Positions 10,791 to 24,573 of a DNA stretch of 64,000 nt are shown here, piece after piece; positions within the stretch are counted from its first letter, which is position 1; every line of letters begins with the position of its first letter. The notes under the pieces are model-generated. The model worked only from the letters and a program-made list of their open reading frames with translations. It made no database searches and was not told the origin of the DNA. The stretch is from Aplysia californica. Taxonomy: Eukaryota. The translations under genes were made by a program, and so were the position numbers. The stretch is taken from NCBI RefSeq assembly GCF_000002075.1, contig NW_004798290.1, positions 4,906-68,905 of the forward strand, read 5' to 3'.

Positions 10791-12740
10791 GAAAGCCATC
10801 ACACGCACCCCATCGTTCTCAGAGTCTATACACGTTTGTATCATATGGAGACAGATTAAAAGAAGTCTCTCTCTAAAATTTATTCATTTTCCATCATCCC
10901 CATGTGAACCATTTTGATCACATATTTCGACTGACTTTTATAGTGCCTTCTTTCTTTTGAAGTAGCCCCTTCAGACAAATTTGCAGATTTGGACAAATCG
11001 AAACTTCAAGATCTCTTTCCCTTAGTAAATTGTATGGCCATCATTAACATATCATATACAGACCGTGTGGATTTTACAGCAGTTCCAATATTTGTTGAGA
11101 AAAACTGTCCCACTTTTGTAACAGCGCGACCTTCAATTGCAGCAGATTCGCAAAACGGTATCTTGCACGCACTTTGCGTTTCAGGCAAGGATCTTACAAC
11201 CNNNNNNNNNNNNNNNNNNNNNNNNNNNNNNNNNNNNNNNNNNNNNNNNNNNNNNNNNNNNNNNNNNNNNNNNNNNNNNNNNNNNNNNNNNNNNNNNNNN
11301 NNNNNNNNNNNNNNNNNNNNNNNNNNNNNNNNNNNNNNNNNNCGCACGCCCATTGGAACTTGTTTTTTCTTTACAAAGGGTATGTAGTAGGGCTGGGCTA
11401 TGGGCTACGGTTTTGGGAGGGAGTATGTGCAAAAAAGAGGGATGACGACGGCGGGTCGGGTCTGAGAGAGAAAGATAGAGAGAGAAAAAGTTAANNNNNN
11501 NNNNNNNNNNNNNNNNNNNNNNNNNNNNNNNNNNNNNNNNNNNNNNNNNNNNNNNNNNNNNNNNNNNNNNNNNNNNNNNNNNNNNNNNNNNNNNNNNNNN
11601 NNNNNNNNNNNNNNNNNNNNNNNNNNNNNNNNNNNNNNNNNNNNNNNNNNNNNNNNNNNNNNNNNNNNNNNNNNNNNNNNNNNNNNNNNNNNNNNNNNNN
11701 NNNNNNNNNNNNNNNNNNNNNNNNNNNNNNNNNNNNNNNNNNNNNNNNNNNNNNNNNNNNNNNNNNNNNNNNNNNNNNNNNNNNNNNNNNNNNNGGGTGT
11801 CAGTCTGATAATGACTGTCTATGAACTTTCTGTTTTGATCCCCATGTTTACAAGTCGTAAAACACATTCTACCTGTAGTTTAAAAATCAAGAAAGGCGGT
11901 GGTTTAGAGGTTATAGGGAAGGGGAGGGGTGGAGACTCCCCCCCCTAAAAAAAACATATAAAAATTAATGAATTCATTATTAAAAAAAACAGTTGTCTTG
12001 TCTAGTAACAGAATATTATTAAACAGACAGGAGAGTAAATCTAACTATACTATAAGATCCTGCTGAAAAGATTCGATATTAAAACATACCACAAATTATC
12101 GAATTAAACAAAATGATTGCATGATTCAAGGGTAGAGCCATCACTAGCGTTCATGTGTTATGGTGAACGTAAAGAACTGTGTTGTTTTAGGTCTAGAAAA
12201 CATAGAAGGTAACAGACCTTCACTTAAGATAGCCGCGGCCTTCTCACAAGAACGTTATCCTCTACAATGGTGTTAACTATTGAAAAGGAAATAATAATTA
12301 CAGTATCCTTTGTCTTTTAAAATGGGATATAAATTTACAAACTCTATTGATGTGCGAATACTAGTCTTAATTGTTAGCTTGTGTCGTAGGATCCCTTAGC
12401 CTGTAAATAATAATAAAGCTTTATCTCACTCAATGCTCCCCCCCCCCCTTTACCTGTCAGGTATTTATTGCTTTCCTTCATCTCTGACCAATATCACCGC
12501 TCATATTCCGGTCGTAATTCATCATTGTGCTGTGAACGCAGAGATCAAAATTCGAAGAATGAAAGGCTGGCTCAACATTACACAGGTGCAAAGTCTGTCT
12601 CGCAAATTCGGATGCACACCAGTCCTGATAGATGGTTATGGAAACAAAAGCACCGATGAAATCCCAGTTCGATGTGATCCAATCTGACGCGATCTTGTTG
12701 GCCCTGCCTACCGAATCACGCCTGGCTGTAGTTCTAAGTT

Positions 12741-12797
12741 ATAGTTTTAGTAGAGGTTTTTCGGCGCTCGCTACTGCATAAGGTCATATGAGCGCCA
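12741..12797 (-). mobile_element. Isolated shared LINE/SINE 3' tail
   Basis: Reverse complement of ggcgctcatatgaccttatgcagt.gcgagcgccg.aaaac. Confidence 0.6.
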
Positions 12798-13654
12798 ATG
12801 CTGTGGTTCCATGTTCGGAGAAATCAATGACCTCGAAAAGTTCACACCTCGGTATGATCCTTTCTTTGTGAGGTTCCTGCGCCTGGGGCGAAATTAATTA
12901 TTGTACCAGTCGTCGAGAAATTTAGAGCGGAGATGTCATCGTCATGTTTGTACGAGTGCGGATGATCCATGAAGGTTTTTTTTGTTCAGTAAAACATGAT
13001 CTAAAATGCGGGAACTCTGCACTTCAGAGTGGGATCTTAGGGGTGACTTTTCTGTAATAAAATTTGCTGATTTTCGGAAGTTGTTTCTTTTTTCATTGTT
13101 GTTAACAACGGAATCTTAAGTGAACCGGGATCATAAACGATGGGATCTCTGGTGGAGACTACTATGATAGATTAAATCGGGTACAGTACTATTAAAGGAG
13201 ACCCAACTCTCTCCGTCCACCACCCCCCCCCCTTTCCTTTATCTTTCTTTAACAGAGAAGTTATTCGCCGTTGTTTTCAAGCAGGTACTGGATTTTTTTT
13301 TTAAATATGGAAACGCTAGGACATCTGTATTATTTTGACATCAGTAATAGTAATGAGATAAATGGATTTTAAAACATAAAATAAGTCTTCTGACTTTCCT
13401 TATCTCAAGGATCTAAGAATGAAACTCTCTTTCCCATCTAGATCTCATTGCGAGAGTCAGGCAGCGCGCAGTGCGCAGTGCAGGTTGACCATGGTTCCGC
13501 CGCGAGAGAGGGCTTCTATCCAGGCGTGCGTTGCCGCCCACAGTGCAGTCTCCATTACTGTAGAACTTCCTTGGTTTAAGGCCATGTCCTACAGGCGCTG
13601 TTGGAGACATGTCGGGTGCAAACACTTGTCAGTTCATGGCCTTCTTTTTTTTTT

Positions 13655-14050
13655 TTTGGTAAGTGTTTTACGGCGATGGCAACTGCATAAGGTCATATTA
13701 TTATGAGCGCGCGGGTCACATTGAACCCTTTCAGGTGGTGGGAAATTTTGAATTTTGCCCGGGTGGCGGCTGAAGCCCACTCTTATTGATTTTAGACCAT
13801 CAAGGGATCTTTAATGTGCATAACTTGCACATAGGCCCTCCAAGATTTTTCGCCCTTGTTCGAGAAGGCTAGGTGTAGATCTTTCCTACCTGAAGATCAG
13901 GGGTGTGGCTGAAAGATAGTAGTAAGAAGGAGCCAGGAGTAGCAGTAGAAAGGCTGCAGAACGAGTCAGGAGCCCAGAGGAGGGGGGGGGGACGCAAAGG
14001 AGATGAGGGGGTGGGGGCAGAAAGAGGAGACGAAAGAAGACGACAGCATG
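13655..14050 (-). mobile_element. V-domain-like SINE, 5'-truncated
   Basis: Homologous to 58801-59305 and 19150-19570. Confidence 0.75.
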
Positions 14051-14778
14051 ACCTTCATGTTATGACCTTCCAGAAACTGTTTTGTTTGTTACATGGGCAG
14101 TATGTGGGCAGGGGTGTCGTGTTGGATGACAGAGCGGTTCTGATTTTTTTCCTGTTTTTTCGTACAGGGAAGACCGCGCTCTTGTCGCGGATTCGTGACT
14201 AGCAGTCCATAATAAGGCGTTCTTGATCTAAGTCCTGAACGAACANNNNNNNNNNNNNNNNNNNNNNNNNNNNNNNNNNNNNNNNNNNNNNNNNNNNNNN
14301 NNNNNNNNNNNNNNNNNNNNNNNNNNNNNNNNNNNNNNNNNNNNNNNNNNNNNNNNNNNNNNNNNNNNNNNNNNNNNNNNNNNNNNNNNNNNNNNNNNNN
14401 NNNNNNNNNNNNNNNNNNNNNNNNNNNNNNNNNNNNCTGACTGATTGACTGACTGACTGACTGACTTACTTACTTACTTGATTACTTACTTACTTGCTTA
14501 CTTACTTGATTACTAACTTGGTTGGATTACAGGCATCGTTGCAGGCGGCGCAATGCCATAGCTGCTCCTCCAACCTCTCCAGGATCCATGAAAGGGTCTG
14601 CCTGCTGATCGTGCCAGTTATCAACTGTTGGATATTCTTGTNNNNNNNNNNNNNNNNNNNNNNNNNNNNNNNNNNNNNNNNNNNNNNNNNNNNNNNNNNN
14701 NNNNNNNNNNNNNNNNNNNNNNNNNNNNNNNNNNNNNNNNNNNNNNNNNNNNNNNNNNNNNNNNNNNNNNNNNNNNNC

Positions 14779-16645
14779 CAGCTTTCCTTAGTCTTTTCAT
14801 AGTGTGTGATGTGGTGCCTTCATCTCTCTGTGGCTGTTGAACCATTAAACTAAATGCTTTTTTCTCCCGTTTTGACAAAGGCAGTCCGTGTGACTTGCCA
14901 TGTGTGAACACCGACACAAAAGAAAATAATCCTGTTGTTGTTGAAGAACGTGAGGTTAGATGTGTGTTTGGACGTGTGAATGTGAGAAAGGCGTGTGGTC
15001 CAGACGGTGTGCAACCCAAAATTCTGAAAATGTGTTCAGCACAACTTAGTTTTATTTACACCTATATTATCAACCAGTCGTTGTTGACACATGCTATTCC
15101 CACTATTTGGAAATGTTCTGAAATCGTCCCCCTTCCAAAGAAAGAAAAAATTACTGAAATGAATGACCTGAGGCCAATAGCCTTAACATCGGTAGTTATA
15201 AAATGTCTAGAAAAAATTGTGCTAAAAAGACTACGAACGTACATAGAACCCACCCAGGACCCTCTACAATTTGCATATCGTCACGGGAGAAGTGTGGAAG
15301 ACGCCATTTTACTCTTTCTTGACAACATATATAGACACTTAGACAAGCCTAAAACATACTGTAGGATCCTGTTTGTTGATTTTTCGTCAGCCTTTAATAC
15401 TATCCAGCCAGCTATCCTTTTAAAGAAGTTAGAAAACATAGGTGTTAACGTCAATTTAATATCATGGATAGGCAATTCTCTGACCAACCGAACCCAGTAT
15501 GTAAAATTAAAACATTCTTCATCGACATACATCACAACAAATACAGGGGCCCCTCAAGGATGTGTTTTGTCACCAGTTTTATTCACACTATACACGAACG
15601 ATTGCCAAATAAGCAACAATAACATCAAGTTGATAAAATTTGCAGATGATTCAACTATAATTGGGCTAATTCAGGCTGACCATAACGAAACCGCTTACCG
15701 GAATTTTGTACTTAATTTTTCTGAATGGTGTGAAAATCATAAGCTGCTTTTAAATGTGAAAAAAACAAAAGAACTTGTCGTTGATTTTAGAATAAAGAAA
15801 CTGCCCCTGCAGCCACTCAAAATGAAATGTGAAAACATCGAACAAGTGTCAGACTATAAGTATTTGGGTGTTACAATAGACAACAAACTCAACTGGCGTG
15901 TCCAAACTTCTCTCCTGCATAAAAAAGTGAACAAAAGACTATTTTTTCTTAGAAAGCTAAAGTATTTTAAAGTTGATAAAACATTGATGTCCATGTTCTA
16001 CCATTCAACCATAGAAAGTATGATCAATTTTTGTATAACAGCATGTGCCGGGAACACAAGACAACAAGATAAAGAAAAATTAAATCGACTAATACGGAAA
16101 GCATGTAAAATTTCAACATCTTCATTCCCGTACTTGGATGAATTGTACATCACAACTTGCACTAAGAAAATTAATTCCATCTTTTTAGACAACAAACATC
16201 CCTTGTTCCCTCAAATAAAAACATCAGTCAGAAGTAAAAGACCCATGTTTCTGATCTGTAACAAAGAAAGATACAGAAGGTCATTTTTACCATAATCTAT
16301 CAAAATGCTTCCATCTTAACCATCTTGTTTAGTGTACTTACGACCTTAGAGCATGCATCAAAATAACATTGAGTGTGTATCTAGCTTACGATTATTATTG
16401 TTTATATTGCTGCTCATTTATATTATGTAGGTGATTGTAAGCCTACACTTGNNNNNNNNNNNNNNNNNNNNNNNNNNNNNNNNNNNNNNNNNNNNNNNNN
16501 NNNNNNNNNNNNNNNNNNNNNNNNNNNNNNNNNNNNNNNNNNNNNNNNNNNNNNNNNNNNNNNNNNNNNNNNNNNNNNNNNNNNACCAAACCAATGTGCC
16601 AGGATCTGGACAATAAAGATGTATCTTATCTTATCTTATCTTACC
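14779..16645 (+). mobile_element. Rex1/Babar-clade LINE; RT open over 14895-16295
   Basis: NDLRPIALTS, DPLQFAYR, ILFVDFSSAFNTIQP, TGAPQGCVLSP.LF.LYTND, KFADD, YKYLG; aataaa plus (tatct)n tail at 16610-16643. Confidence 0.9.
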
Positions 16646-16994
16646 GTATGCAGTTAATGCTGCCTTACACTGATCGCTGAAACATGTCCATGCACTCCGT
16701 GCATGCCTTGAGCTGCTGCTTTTGCAAGAAGGAAATGATTCCGCAGACGACAGTAAAACAAAGTCTGACATGGACAGGGCTGGTAACTAGACTGTCGTGT
16801 TCTTTGTCTATTCTGGACATTTCAAGAGTGTTAAGTTTTTTTGATAAGTCGAGGAACAATACACGCACTACATTTTGGCCGTCTTGCTGCTTCTCGGGCA
16901 GATTTTCCGCCTTGAACCAGGCGGACGCAAAATTAGAGGTAAGCTTCGATGAGCTGAGGAGTAGAAATTTTTAAAAATTGATTGTGGGTGGTTG

Positions 16995-17160
16995 GCAGGT
17001 GCTCTGGTGTGGTTTGCTTTTTCTTTCCTATCAAACATCTATCGTCCTTCTCTCCCCTCCTTCTTTTTTATGTGTGTTACTCTCTTGTAACACCTCTAAT
17101 CTTCTGGCGCTCAGATGACCTTATGCCGTTGCGAGCTCCGTAAAACCTATACTAAAACGA
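16995..17160 (+). mobile_element. Putative I/Nimb-type LINE 3' UTR with shared tail
   Basis: Near-identical to 56787-56945; ends ggcgctcagatgaccttatgccgttgcgagctccgtaaaac. Confidence 0.5.
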
Positions 17161-17601
17161 AAAATTGATTGGAAAAAAGCCAAACCTTTTGTTTGGAAAG
17201 AGCTACGTATCATCTTCCCAGGGAATAATGTTTTATTCAGTTGTATAGCGCCCAAAAAATACATTTTACTAAAGCATAGTTTTCTGTACTGGGTTAAAAA
17301 AGCACTCATAGAAATAGCAAAAACCGTGCAGGAGTGTGTGAACTTACATCTACACCCCCGTGTGTCCAAATCTCGTGAGAATCAGAGGATAATAATTTGG
17401 CTTTTATATAACATTTTGAAAAAGTCGCTTTGTTAATGTCGTTCTGTGGATCTCCTAGCAGCCAGATGGCGATAAAGGACGAGCAAGACACCCCCCCCCC
17501 CCCAAAATCAAGAGGTCACAACTTATGCGAGCCGCATCTACGTGGTACCACTACACCACAGGCGCCGAGTCTGGTATAGATAGGAGAGACGACGATGTCT
17601 G

Positions 17602-17835
17602 GTCATCCTCTCTGGGGATGACCTTCTCTTTGGCTGACCCTCTCTTTGGCTGATCCTCGTTGGGTCATCCTCTCTTTGCGTCATCCTCTCTTTGGGTCAT
17701 CTTCTCTTGGGCTAACCCTCTCTTTGGCTAATCCTGTCTTTGGCCGATCCTTTCTTTGGCTGATCCTCTCTTTGGCTGATTCTCTCTTTGAGTCATCCTT
17801 TCTGTGGCTGATTCACTTTGAGTCATCGTCTCTGG
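17602..17835. repeat. Degenerate 16-bp minisatellite (tgatcctctctttggc)
   Basis: About 14 imperfect units. Confidence 0.85.
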
Positions 17836-17859
17836 TGACCTGTGGGGTGAGGTTCAAAG

Positions 17860-18190
17860 ACAGATGGTTGGTGGGTGCTCTGGTTTGGTTTGCTCCTTCT
17901 CTCCTGTGCACCATCTATCGTCCATGTCCGATCACTTATGAGGTGGGCCTCCGACCTTCCCTGTCGGAGCCAACCCGGACTGAGATACAAGATCCTATAA
18001 AAAAAGAGCAAGATTTTGACTACCCGTCACGCTATCTGGCGTTTAGGGAAGCAAGAAAGGCTCTGTCTATTTGGGCCATCTTGGTCCCCCCAGAAGAGCA
18101 AGGTACTCGGTAACAATTGTCCCAACTCGGGAATCGAACTAAGGCCTGCTGTCTGTGAGGGCGAGGCGGCTAACCGCTCCAGCACAGAGT
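17860..18190 (-). mobile_element. tRNA-derived SINE
   Basis: Minus strand head gctggagcggttagcc...gttcgattccc (A/B boxes); 3' boundary uncertain. Confidence 0.45.
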
Positions 18191-19149
18191 CTGACCTCAC
18201 AGAGTGACCTCATCGTGTCAACAAACGGACGGTCAAGCTGTACCTCAGGTCGCCAGACGTCAATTTATAACCTGCTTGATTGTCTGACCTGTAAAACTGA
18301 CCCAGTTACCCCACCCCCCCAACTGGTCCGCTGATATAACTGATCCTGTAACCNNNNNNNNNNNNNNNNNNNNNNNNNNNNNNNNNNNNNNNNNNNNNNN
18401 NNNNNNNNNNNNNNNNNNNNNNNNNNNNNNNNNNNNNNNNNNNNNNNNNNNNNNNNNNNNNNNNNNNNNNNNNNNNNNNNNNNNNNNNNNNNNNNNNNNN
18501 NNNNNNNNNNNNNNNNNNNNNNNNNNNNNNNNNNNNNNNNNNNNNNNNNNNNNNNNNNNNNNNNNNNNNNNNNNNNNNNNNNNNNNNNNNNNNNNNNNNN
18601 NNNNNNNNNNNNNNNNNNNNNNNNNNNNNNNNNNNNNNNNNNNNNNNNNNNNNNNNNNNNNNNNNNNNNNNNNNNNNNNNNNNNNNNNNNNNNNNNNNNN
18701 NNNNNNNNNNNNNNNNNNNNNNNNNNNNNNNNNNNNNNNNNNNNNNNNNNNNNNNNNNNNNNNNNNNNNNNNNNNNNNNNNNNNNNNNNNNNNNNNNNNN
18801 NNNNNNNNNNNNNNNNNNNNNNNNNNNNNNNNNNNNNNNNNNNNNNNNNNNNNNNNNNNNNNNNNNNNNNNNNNNNNNNNNNNNNNNNNNNNNNNNNNNN
18901 NNNNNNNNNNNNNNNNNNNNNNNNNNNNNNNNNNNNNNNNNNNNNNNNNNNNNNNNNNNNNNNNNNNNNNNNNNNNNNNNNNNNNNNNNNNNNNNNNNNN
19001 NNNNNNNNNNNNNNNNNNNNNNNNNNNNNNNNNNNNNNNNNNNNNNNNNNNNNNNNGGGGGGGGGTTGAGAGAATATCAAGTTCTGTATTCATCTCGTCC
19101 TTCTTAAAATCATCTCCCCTTTCTTTAAAAAAATAACAACCAGAAAGAG

Positions 19150-19570
19150 CCAGGAGCCCAAAGTTCTGTCGTCTGTTTTCGTCTCCAGTTTCTACCCCCA
19201 CCCCTTCACCTCCTTTGCTCCCTTCTCTGGGCTCCTGTCTCTTTCTGCAGCCTTCCCACTGCTACTTCTAGGCTCCTTGTTACTGCTGTCTTTAAATAAG
19301 CAACACCGCTTATCTTATGGTAGGAAAGATCTAACACCTGACCTTCTCGGAGAAGGGCAAAAAATTTCGGAGGTCCCGTGTGCAAGTTGCATACGTTACA
19401 GATCCCTTGGTGGTCCAAAAAACGATGAGAGCAGGCCTCGGCGGCCACCTCGGCAAAATTCAAAATTCCTACCAAACTGAAAATGTTTAATGTGTCCCGC
19501 GTGCTCATAAGACCTTATGCAGTTGTGAGCGCCGTAAAACACTTACCACAAATTTAAAAAACAACAAAAA
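19150..19570 (+). mobile_element. V-domain-like SINE
   Basis: Homologous to 58801-59305; shared tail gctcataagaccttatgcagttgtgagcgccgtaaaac. Confidence 0.75.
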
Positions 19571-19589
19571 CTCCTCCAACGTTCTTCAG

Positions 19590-19730
19590 ACTTCTGTACC
19601 TCGGGAAAGACACTTTACCCGAACTTTCCACTTGGCTCGGTCCTTTCGGAGATGGACGTTAAACAAAGACTTCCCGCCCCTTAAACAACCTAATAGTGTT
19701 GATAGGGGCGTTAAACCCATACCATTTCAC
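19590..19730 (+). mobile_element. CORE+V-like SINE, 5'-truncated
   Basis: Homologous to 39105-39240. Confidence 0.65.
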
Positions 19731-19911
19731 CCTTTTCTTCCACATCTCTGACAGGATCCTTTTCTGAGCGACGTACGCCCCTGATCACGATGAAGCAGAG
19801 TGGCGGACGGTGTGAATTGAGCACGTTCGTCATGTTGACAAAAAGGGTGATCGAGGGGTTGGAGCTTCGCAGCAAAGAAAGGCAAAAGTTAAACAAACAA
19901 AAAAGGGCAAA

Positions 19912-20050
19912 ACACGTTACAGAACACTAAACACAAACCTTCAGATTCCAAAGACACGTTACAGAACACTAAACACAAACCTTCAGATTCCAAAGACACG
20001 TTACAGAACACTAAACACAAACCTTCAGATTCCAAAGACACGTTACAGAA
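19912..20050. repeat. 42-bp tandem repeat x3.3
   Basis: acacgttacagaacactaaacacaaaccttcagattccaaag at 19912, 19954, 19996, 20038 (partial). Confidence 0.92.
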
Positions 20051-20646
20051 GGCACAATCTCAAATAAACTAGATCTAGATCTAGTCCAAATTCCTGCCAA
20101 ACGCAGAGCAGTAAAAAAAAGTCAACCGACCTCGGCAGACGTCAAAACAGAAAATGACGTCGAAAAGGTCACTTCCAAGGACGAATTTATTGATCTCGGA
20201 GGGAGGGGNNNNNNNNNNNNNNNNNNNNNNNNNNNNNNNNNNNNNNNNNNNNNNNNNNNNNNNNNNNNNNNNNNNNNNNNNNNNNNNNNNNNNNNNNNNN
20301 NNNNNNNNNNNNNNNNNNNNNNNNNNNNNNNNNNNNNNNNNNNNNNNNNNNNNNNNNNNNNNNNNNNNNNNNNNNNNNNNNNNNNNNNNNNNNNNNNNNN
20401 NNNNNNNNNNNNNNNNNNNNNNNNNNNNNNNCACACACACACACACACACCCCGTTCTCGCCGTGAATATTTCCGTCCATTTTGTCATGGAAAGCTGTCA
20501 GATCCGCGCACTTTTTTTAAATATTTTTTTTTTTACTGATATCGAAATATGCAATCACTGATTACCAATAACATCCAAAGATTTAACTCCTCTCTTCGTG
20601 TTTCTGAGCTTGGGACCATGTCTGTTGTATTCATCCTGGGTATATG

Positions 20647-21076
20647 TGTGAGGCAGCGTGGTAGAATCAGGCTCTCGTCAATTTTTGGGCATGTATAGTT
20701 AGTGATATCATCTTAAAGCGTGTTCACTTGTCTTTATTTGGATGAAAAAAATATCCATTTATCTTGAATACAAGTCGAGATATTTGCGAAAAAAGGAGGT
20801 GGGGGTCACCTGTTTTCAGAGAGAGTAAATGGCCTCCAAAATTTATTTATTTCCTTAGCTTAAGAGTCCATGGTAACGGAAAATTTACATTTTTTTTTAC
20901 TTTAATCAACGCTTTAAAAAAAAAATCAACACAGAAATGAGTTCTTTAACGGGCATGAAAGGTGTTGAGCCAAAAAAACAAAAATTTGATCAAAATTCAC
21001 AAACCTGCGGGAAAAATGCAAGTTTCTTCACTTTGATTATTTTGACGAGAGCCTGATTCCACCACGCTGCCTCACG
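20647..21076 (+). mobile_element. TGTGAGG-TIR element, subfamily B
   Basis: Both TIRs present; close to 50735-51170. Confidence 0.88.
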
Positions 21077-21129
21077 TATTTTTTTTTCATTTCATAATAC
21101 TTCAGTAATGACATCTCCCAGTCTGTATG

Positions 21130-21645
21130 GCTCACGACGCGGTGGAATCAGGCGCTCGTCACTTCGTGGGCATATGGAGTTATTAGTGTAATCTTCAAGC
21201 TTGTCTGTTTGCCTTGATGTTGGGGAAAGAGACACCCATTCATCTCGCACAAAGGTCGAGAGATTTGCAATTGAAGAAGGTTGCGTTTTCTTGGTGTCAG
21301 ATCTAAAGTTAGCGAACAAATGGCTGGCAAAATGTCGTAACTTCCAAATTATAAATGTTCTTAGAAACTGCAGTTACACTTTAGGTGCCTTTGATCAAAG
21401 TCTGCTTATAGAATCCACACAGAAACATTGTGTTTTTAAATTGACATAAGAGGAGTTGAGCGACAGAAAAAATTCTATAAAGATTGACATGGCGCTCATA
21501 TGACCTTATTAATATGCAGTTGCGAGCGCCGTAAAACCTCTACTAAAAAGAAAAAAAAAAGATTGACAAACAGACGTGACAAAAATGTCGGTTTCTTTGA
21601 TTCCATTATTTTGACGAGCGACTGGTTTTCCCACAACCGCACACA
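21130..21645 (+). mobile_element. Old divergent TGTGAGG-family copy containing an inserted LINE/SINE tail (~21490-21560)
   Basis: gcggtggaatcaggcgctcgtca ... ttgacgagcg; internal ggcgctcatatgacctta..gcagttgcgagcgccgtaaaac. Confidence 0.6.
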
Positions 21646-22639
21646 AATGGTAATGTCTTGTCGGCAGGTGATAGAAGCGCGATGATTCTGTCACGTGTAA
21701 AGACATGATCCTAATGTCGCTGAATATAAATTATTTACATATGAACCATCCGCCCTTACAAGAACCACCTGTAGTCCTCCTATGAACCACACATCATGAA
21801 ACCATGTTTTGAAAGTGCTTTTTTGTAATGTTATTAGTGTTTGTTTCTTGACAGTATTTCAGTGACCAGAACAGCCCTTTTGGTACCGAACAATTTTCCT
21901 GCTTTTAAAATTTGGACCTGATTTCCAGTGTGATAAAACTATAGACTGTGTCTCTTCTCAAGACAGGAATCATATACGTTGCAAGTAGGCCTATATATAT
22001 AATCTGACAGTGTCAAGAAGGCTTTCTTCTAGATGTTATGATTGCCCACTGTCCTTATGAGAGTCCAGGTTATTTGAAACCTCATCAAGGGACAAGTAAA
22101 CTCAAATAAGCCTACACAACAATGCGGAGACAAACAGGGGAAAATACGAAGGGGTGGTTTCACCAGACCTTGTGGCCTAAATTTATTTTTGTTGAAGAGA
22201 ACAAAAAGGCAATTCAATGAGTAACCAAATACATGTACGCTATTGAAAATATGGAGAAACAAACTGTTGCAAGAACAAGATACTTGACATTGATAATAAG
22301 AACCTTTACAGTAAGAACAAGAATATAATATGATACACGAAACCATCTGACACATGTATTCATTTTTGGGAAGAGAACAAAGCAAGGTAACGTCAAGTCA
22401 ATGAGTAACCAATCACATAATTGAAAACATGAAGTTTAAAGAAGAACAAATAGGCACATGAAAAAGAAACATTGCTATATAAAAACGATTGCACAACAAG
22501 ACTAAAAGATAGGCCTACTAAGCGTAAGGCACACCACGAATCCTTACAAAGCCTCTCTCAAACTCCTCTGAATAGTTGAGTCATTTCTTCTTTCAATTAT
22601 TGTTGTTGTTGCCATGACTGTGGGAAAAAAGTAAACATA

Positions 22640-22902
22640 AACGAATTAGGAAACGACAAATGCAGTTTTTGGGACACCTGAATAGACATAAGGGTCTTGA
22701 ACATCTAGCTCTCACTAGCAAAATTGAGGGCAAGCGAGGCAGGGGTAGGCCCAGAACAACATACTTAGGGAGCCTAAACAAATGGGTAACAGGGAAAGAT
22801 CAGGGAAACGTAGCTTTTTTGAGAGCATCCGAGCAAAGGAATGAATGGAAAAATATGATTGCCGATGTCTGTCGCAGATCTGGCACTGTATGATGATGAT
22901 GA
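22640..22902 (+). mobile_element. RTE LINE 3' end
   Basis: Near-identical to 3820-4075; GKRGRGRPR; (tga)n tail. Confidence 0.85.
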
Positions 22903-24364
22903 ATCATTTTGCAAATGATATCTGATACCAAAATATGTGTTCATGGCGGTCCCTTTGATGAAGCATTATCATGAAAGTCCCTCGACAAAATTCTATGACT
23001 ATGCCCCCCATACAAATAACCACCTCTGCCCCCATTATAACAGCTCTGAAAGTGCCATTATATTCAGGGGCGGTTTGTTAACTGGTGCCGGTCAAATTTT
23101 TGTCAGCTAGACTGTTGACAAGAGATTTATTGCTGATGATGATTTTCATTCAGTTTTAAGTAAATCTGAATAAACATATATCAACATTCAAAAAGCACCT
23201 TGCAGATTTGAAGGCGTTCAAACAGACAAGTGGGATTCAATGCTGTTTTGTCGCGACAGAGCCTCATTCCTTCACCTTTGCTTATCGCACAGGCTCGTAA
23301 CTTTAAATCGTCTCCCACCAAGCCGTCACGTCGCGGAACTTCGTACGAGGACAAACGAACACGGCGGGTACAGCGATGACGTCAGTCCTATGGACAAATC
23401 CATCGACTGCCCTGAGAGCGAATATAGCATCCCTTGATTGCCAAATTGGCCTCCGTGTTGCTCACAAAATCAGCAATGAGACTGTCTTGAGCAGCACAGA
23501 CTCTTGCAACATGTACTTATTATTCAGCCTTTCTCTAACTATCATCAGAACATTTATTGTCAGCATGGCACCAATCTTTTTTGTGTATTGAATTTTTAGC
23601 CACCTATAGTTCCTGTTTGGTGACTATTCATCGCTTTCGCCCCACTAATAACATACCTGGCCCATATGAGTCTAGCCGGCGAAAAGAGGAATCGTCTAGT
23701 GAAGATGTATAAGGAGAATTATAACTAGAAATGAACTAAACGTAACAGCACCATACTCTGGCGTAGATCTAGAGATCTAGATCTCGGTTCATTACGGTGC
23801 CCATCATTTGACTCTATTTGAAACAAAATTAAGGGCACCGTAGATCTAGAAAGATTTGAACCTACACTCGACTATAAGAGACTGGTGTTTGGTTGCCGAT
23901 GGTGTGCGCGCTTTGCAGAGAAGTTTTTACGTTTTTACTAGATTTAGATTTAATCTAGATATCTAGATCTAGATCTAGGCTACTTTGCTTAGTGTGCTTA
24001 GCCTACACAGAGGGATAGAAGTAGAAGGCGAATATAGATCTAGTGCGCGGAGTAATTTATGCAAATTTTTATATTTCACGTGTGAAATATCAGCTTATAT
24101 TTCACTTGTGACATATAAGGATATATTTCACCGGAATTGCAATGCTAAAACAGCTCCAAGTATGGCATAAAAGCTGTTTCTCATCTCTCGTACCACTTAT
24201 TGGAGAGATTGCTGTCTCTCGGCTCTCGGTTAAATATCGTTAAAACAATATTGGATTACGGCACAGCCAGGTGCTGATCATATTGATGATTCAACCTTCA
24301 GGTATTCGGTTAGGAGGGAGGGGTCATGTTTTGAGGGCTGCTAGACGGTGAGTGAGGGGGGTGG

Positions 24365-24367
24365 GGA

Positions 24368-24438
<71 letters not shown>

Positions 24439-24573
24439 GGGGTGAGAGAAAGAGGGTGAGAGCAAGAGAGAGAGTGTGTGAGAGAGAAAGAAAGAGAGTG
24501 CGGGAGAGAGAGAGAGAGAAAGAGTGATAAAGAGAGAGAAAGAGAGAGAAAGGGAGACAGTAAGAGAGGGTGA
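24365..24573. repeat. (GA)n microsatellite
   Basis: Direct inspection. Confidence 0.95.
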
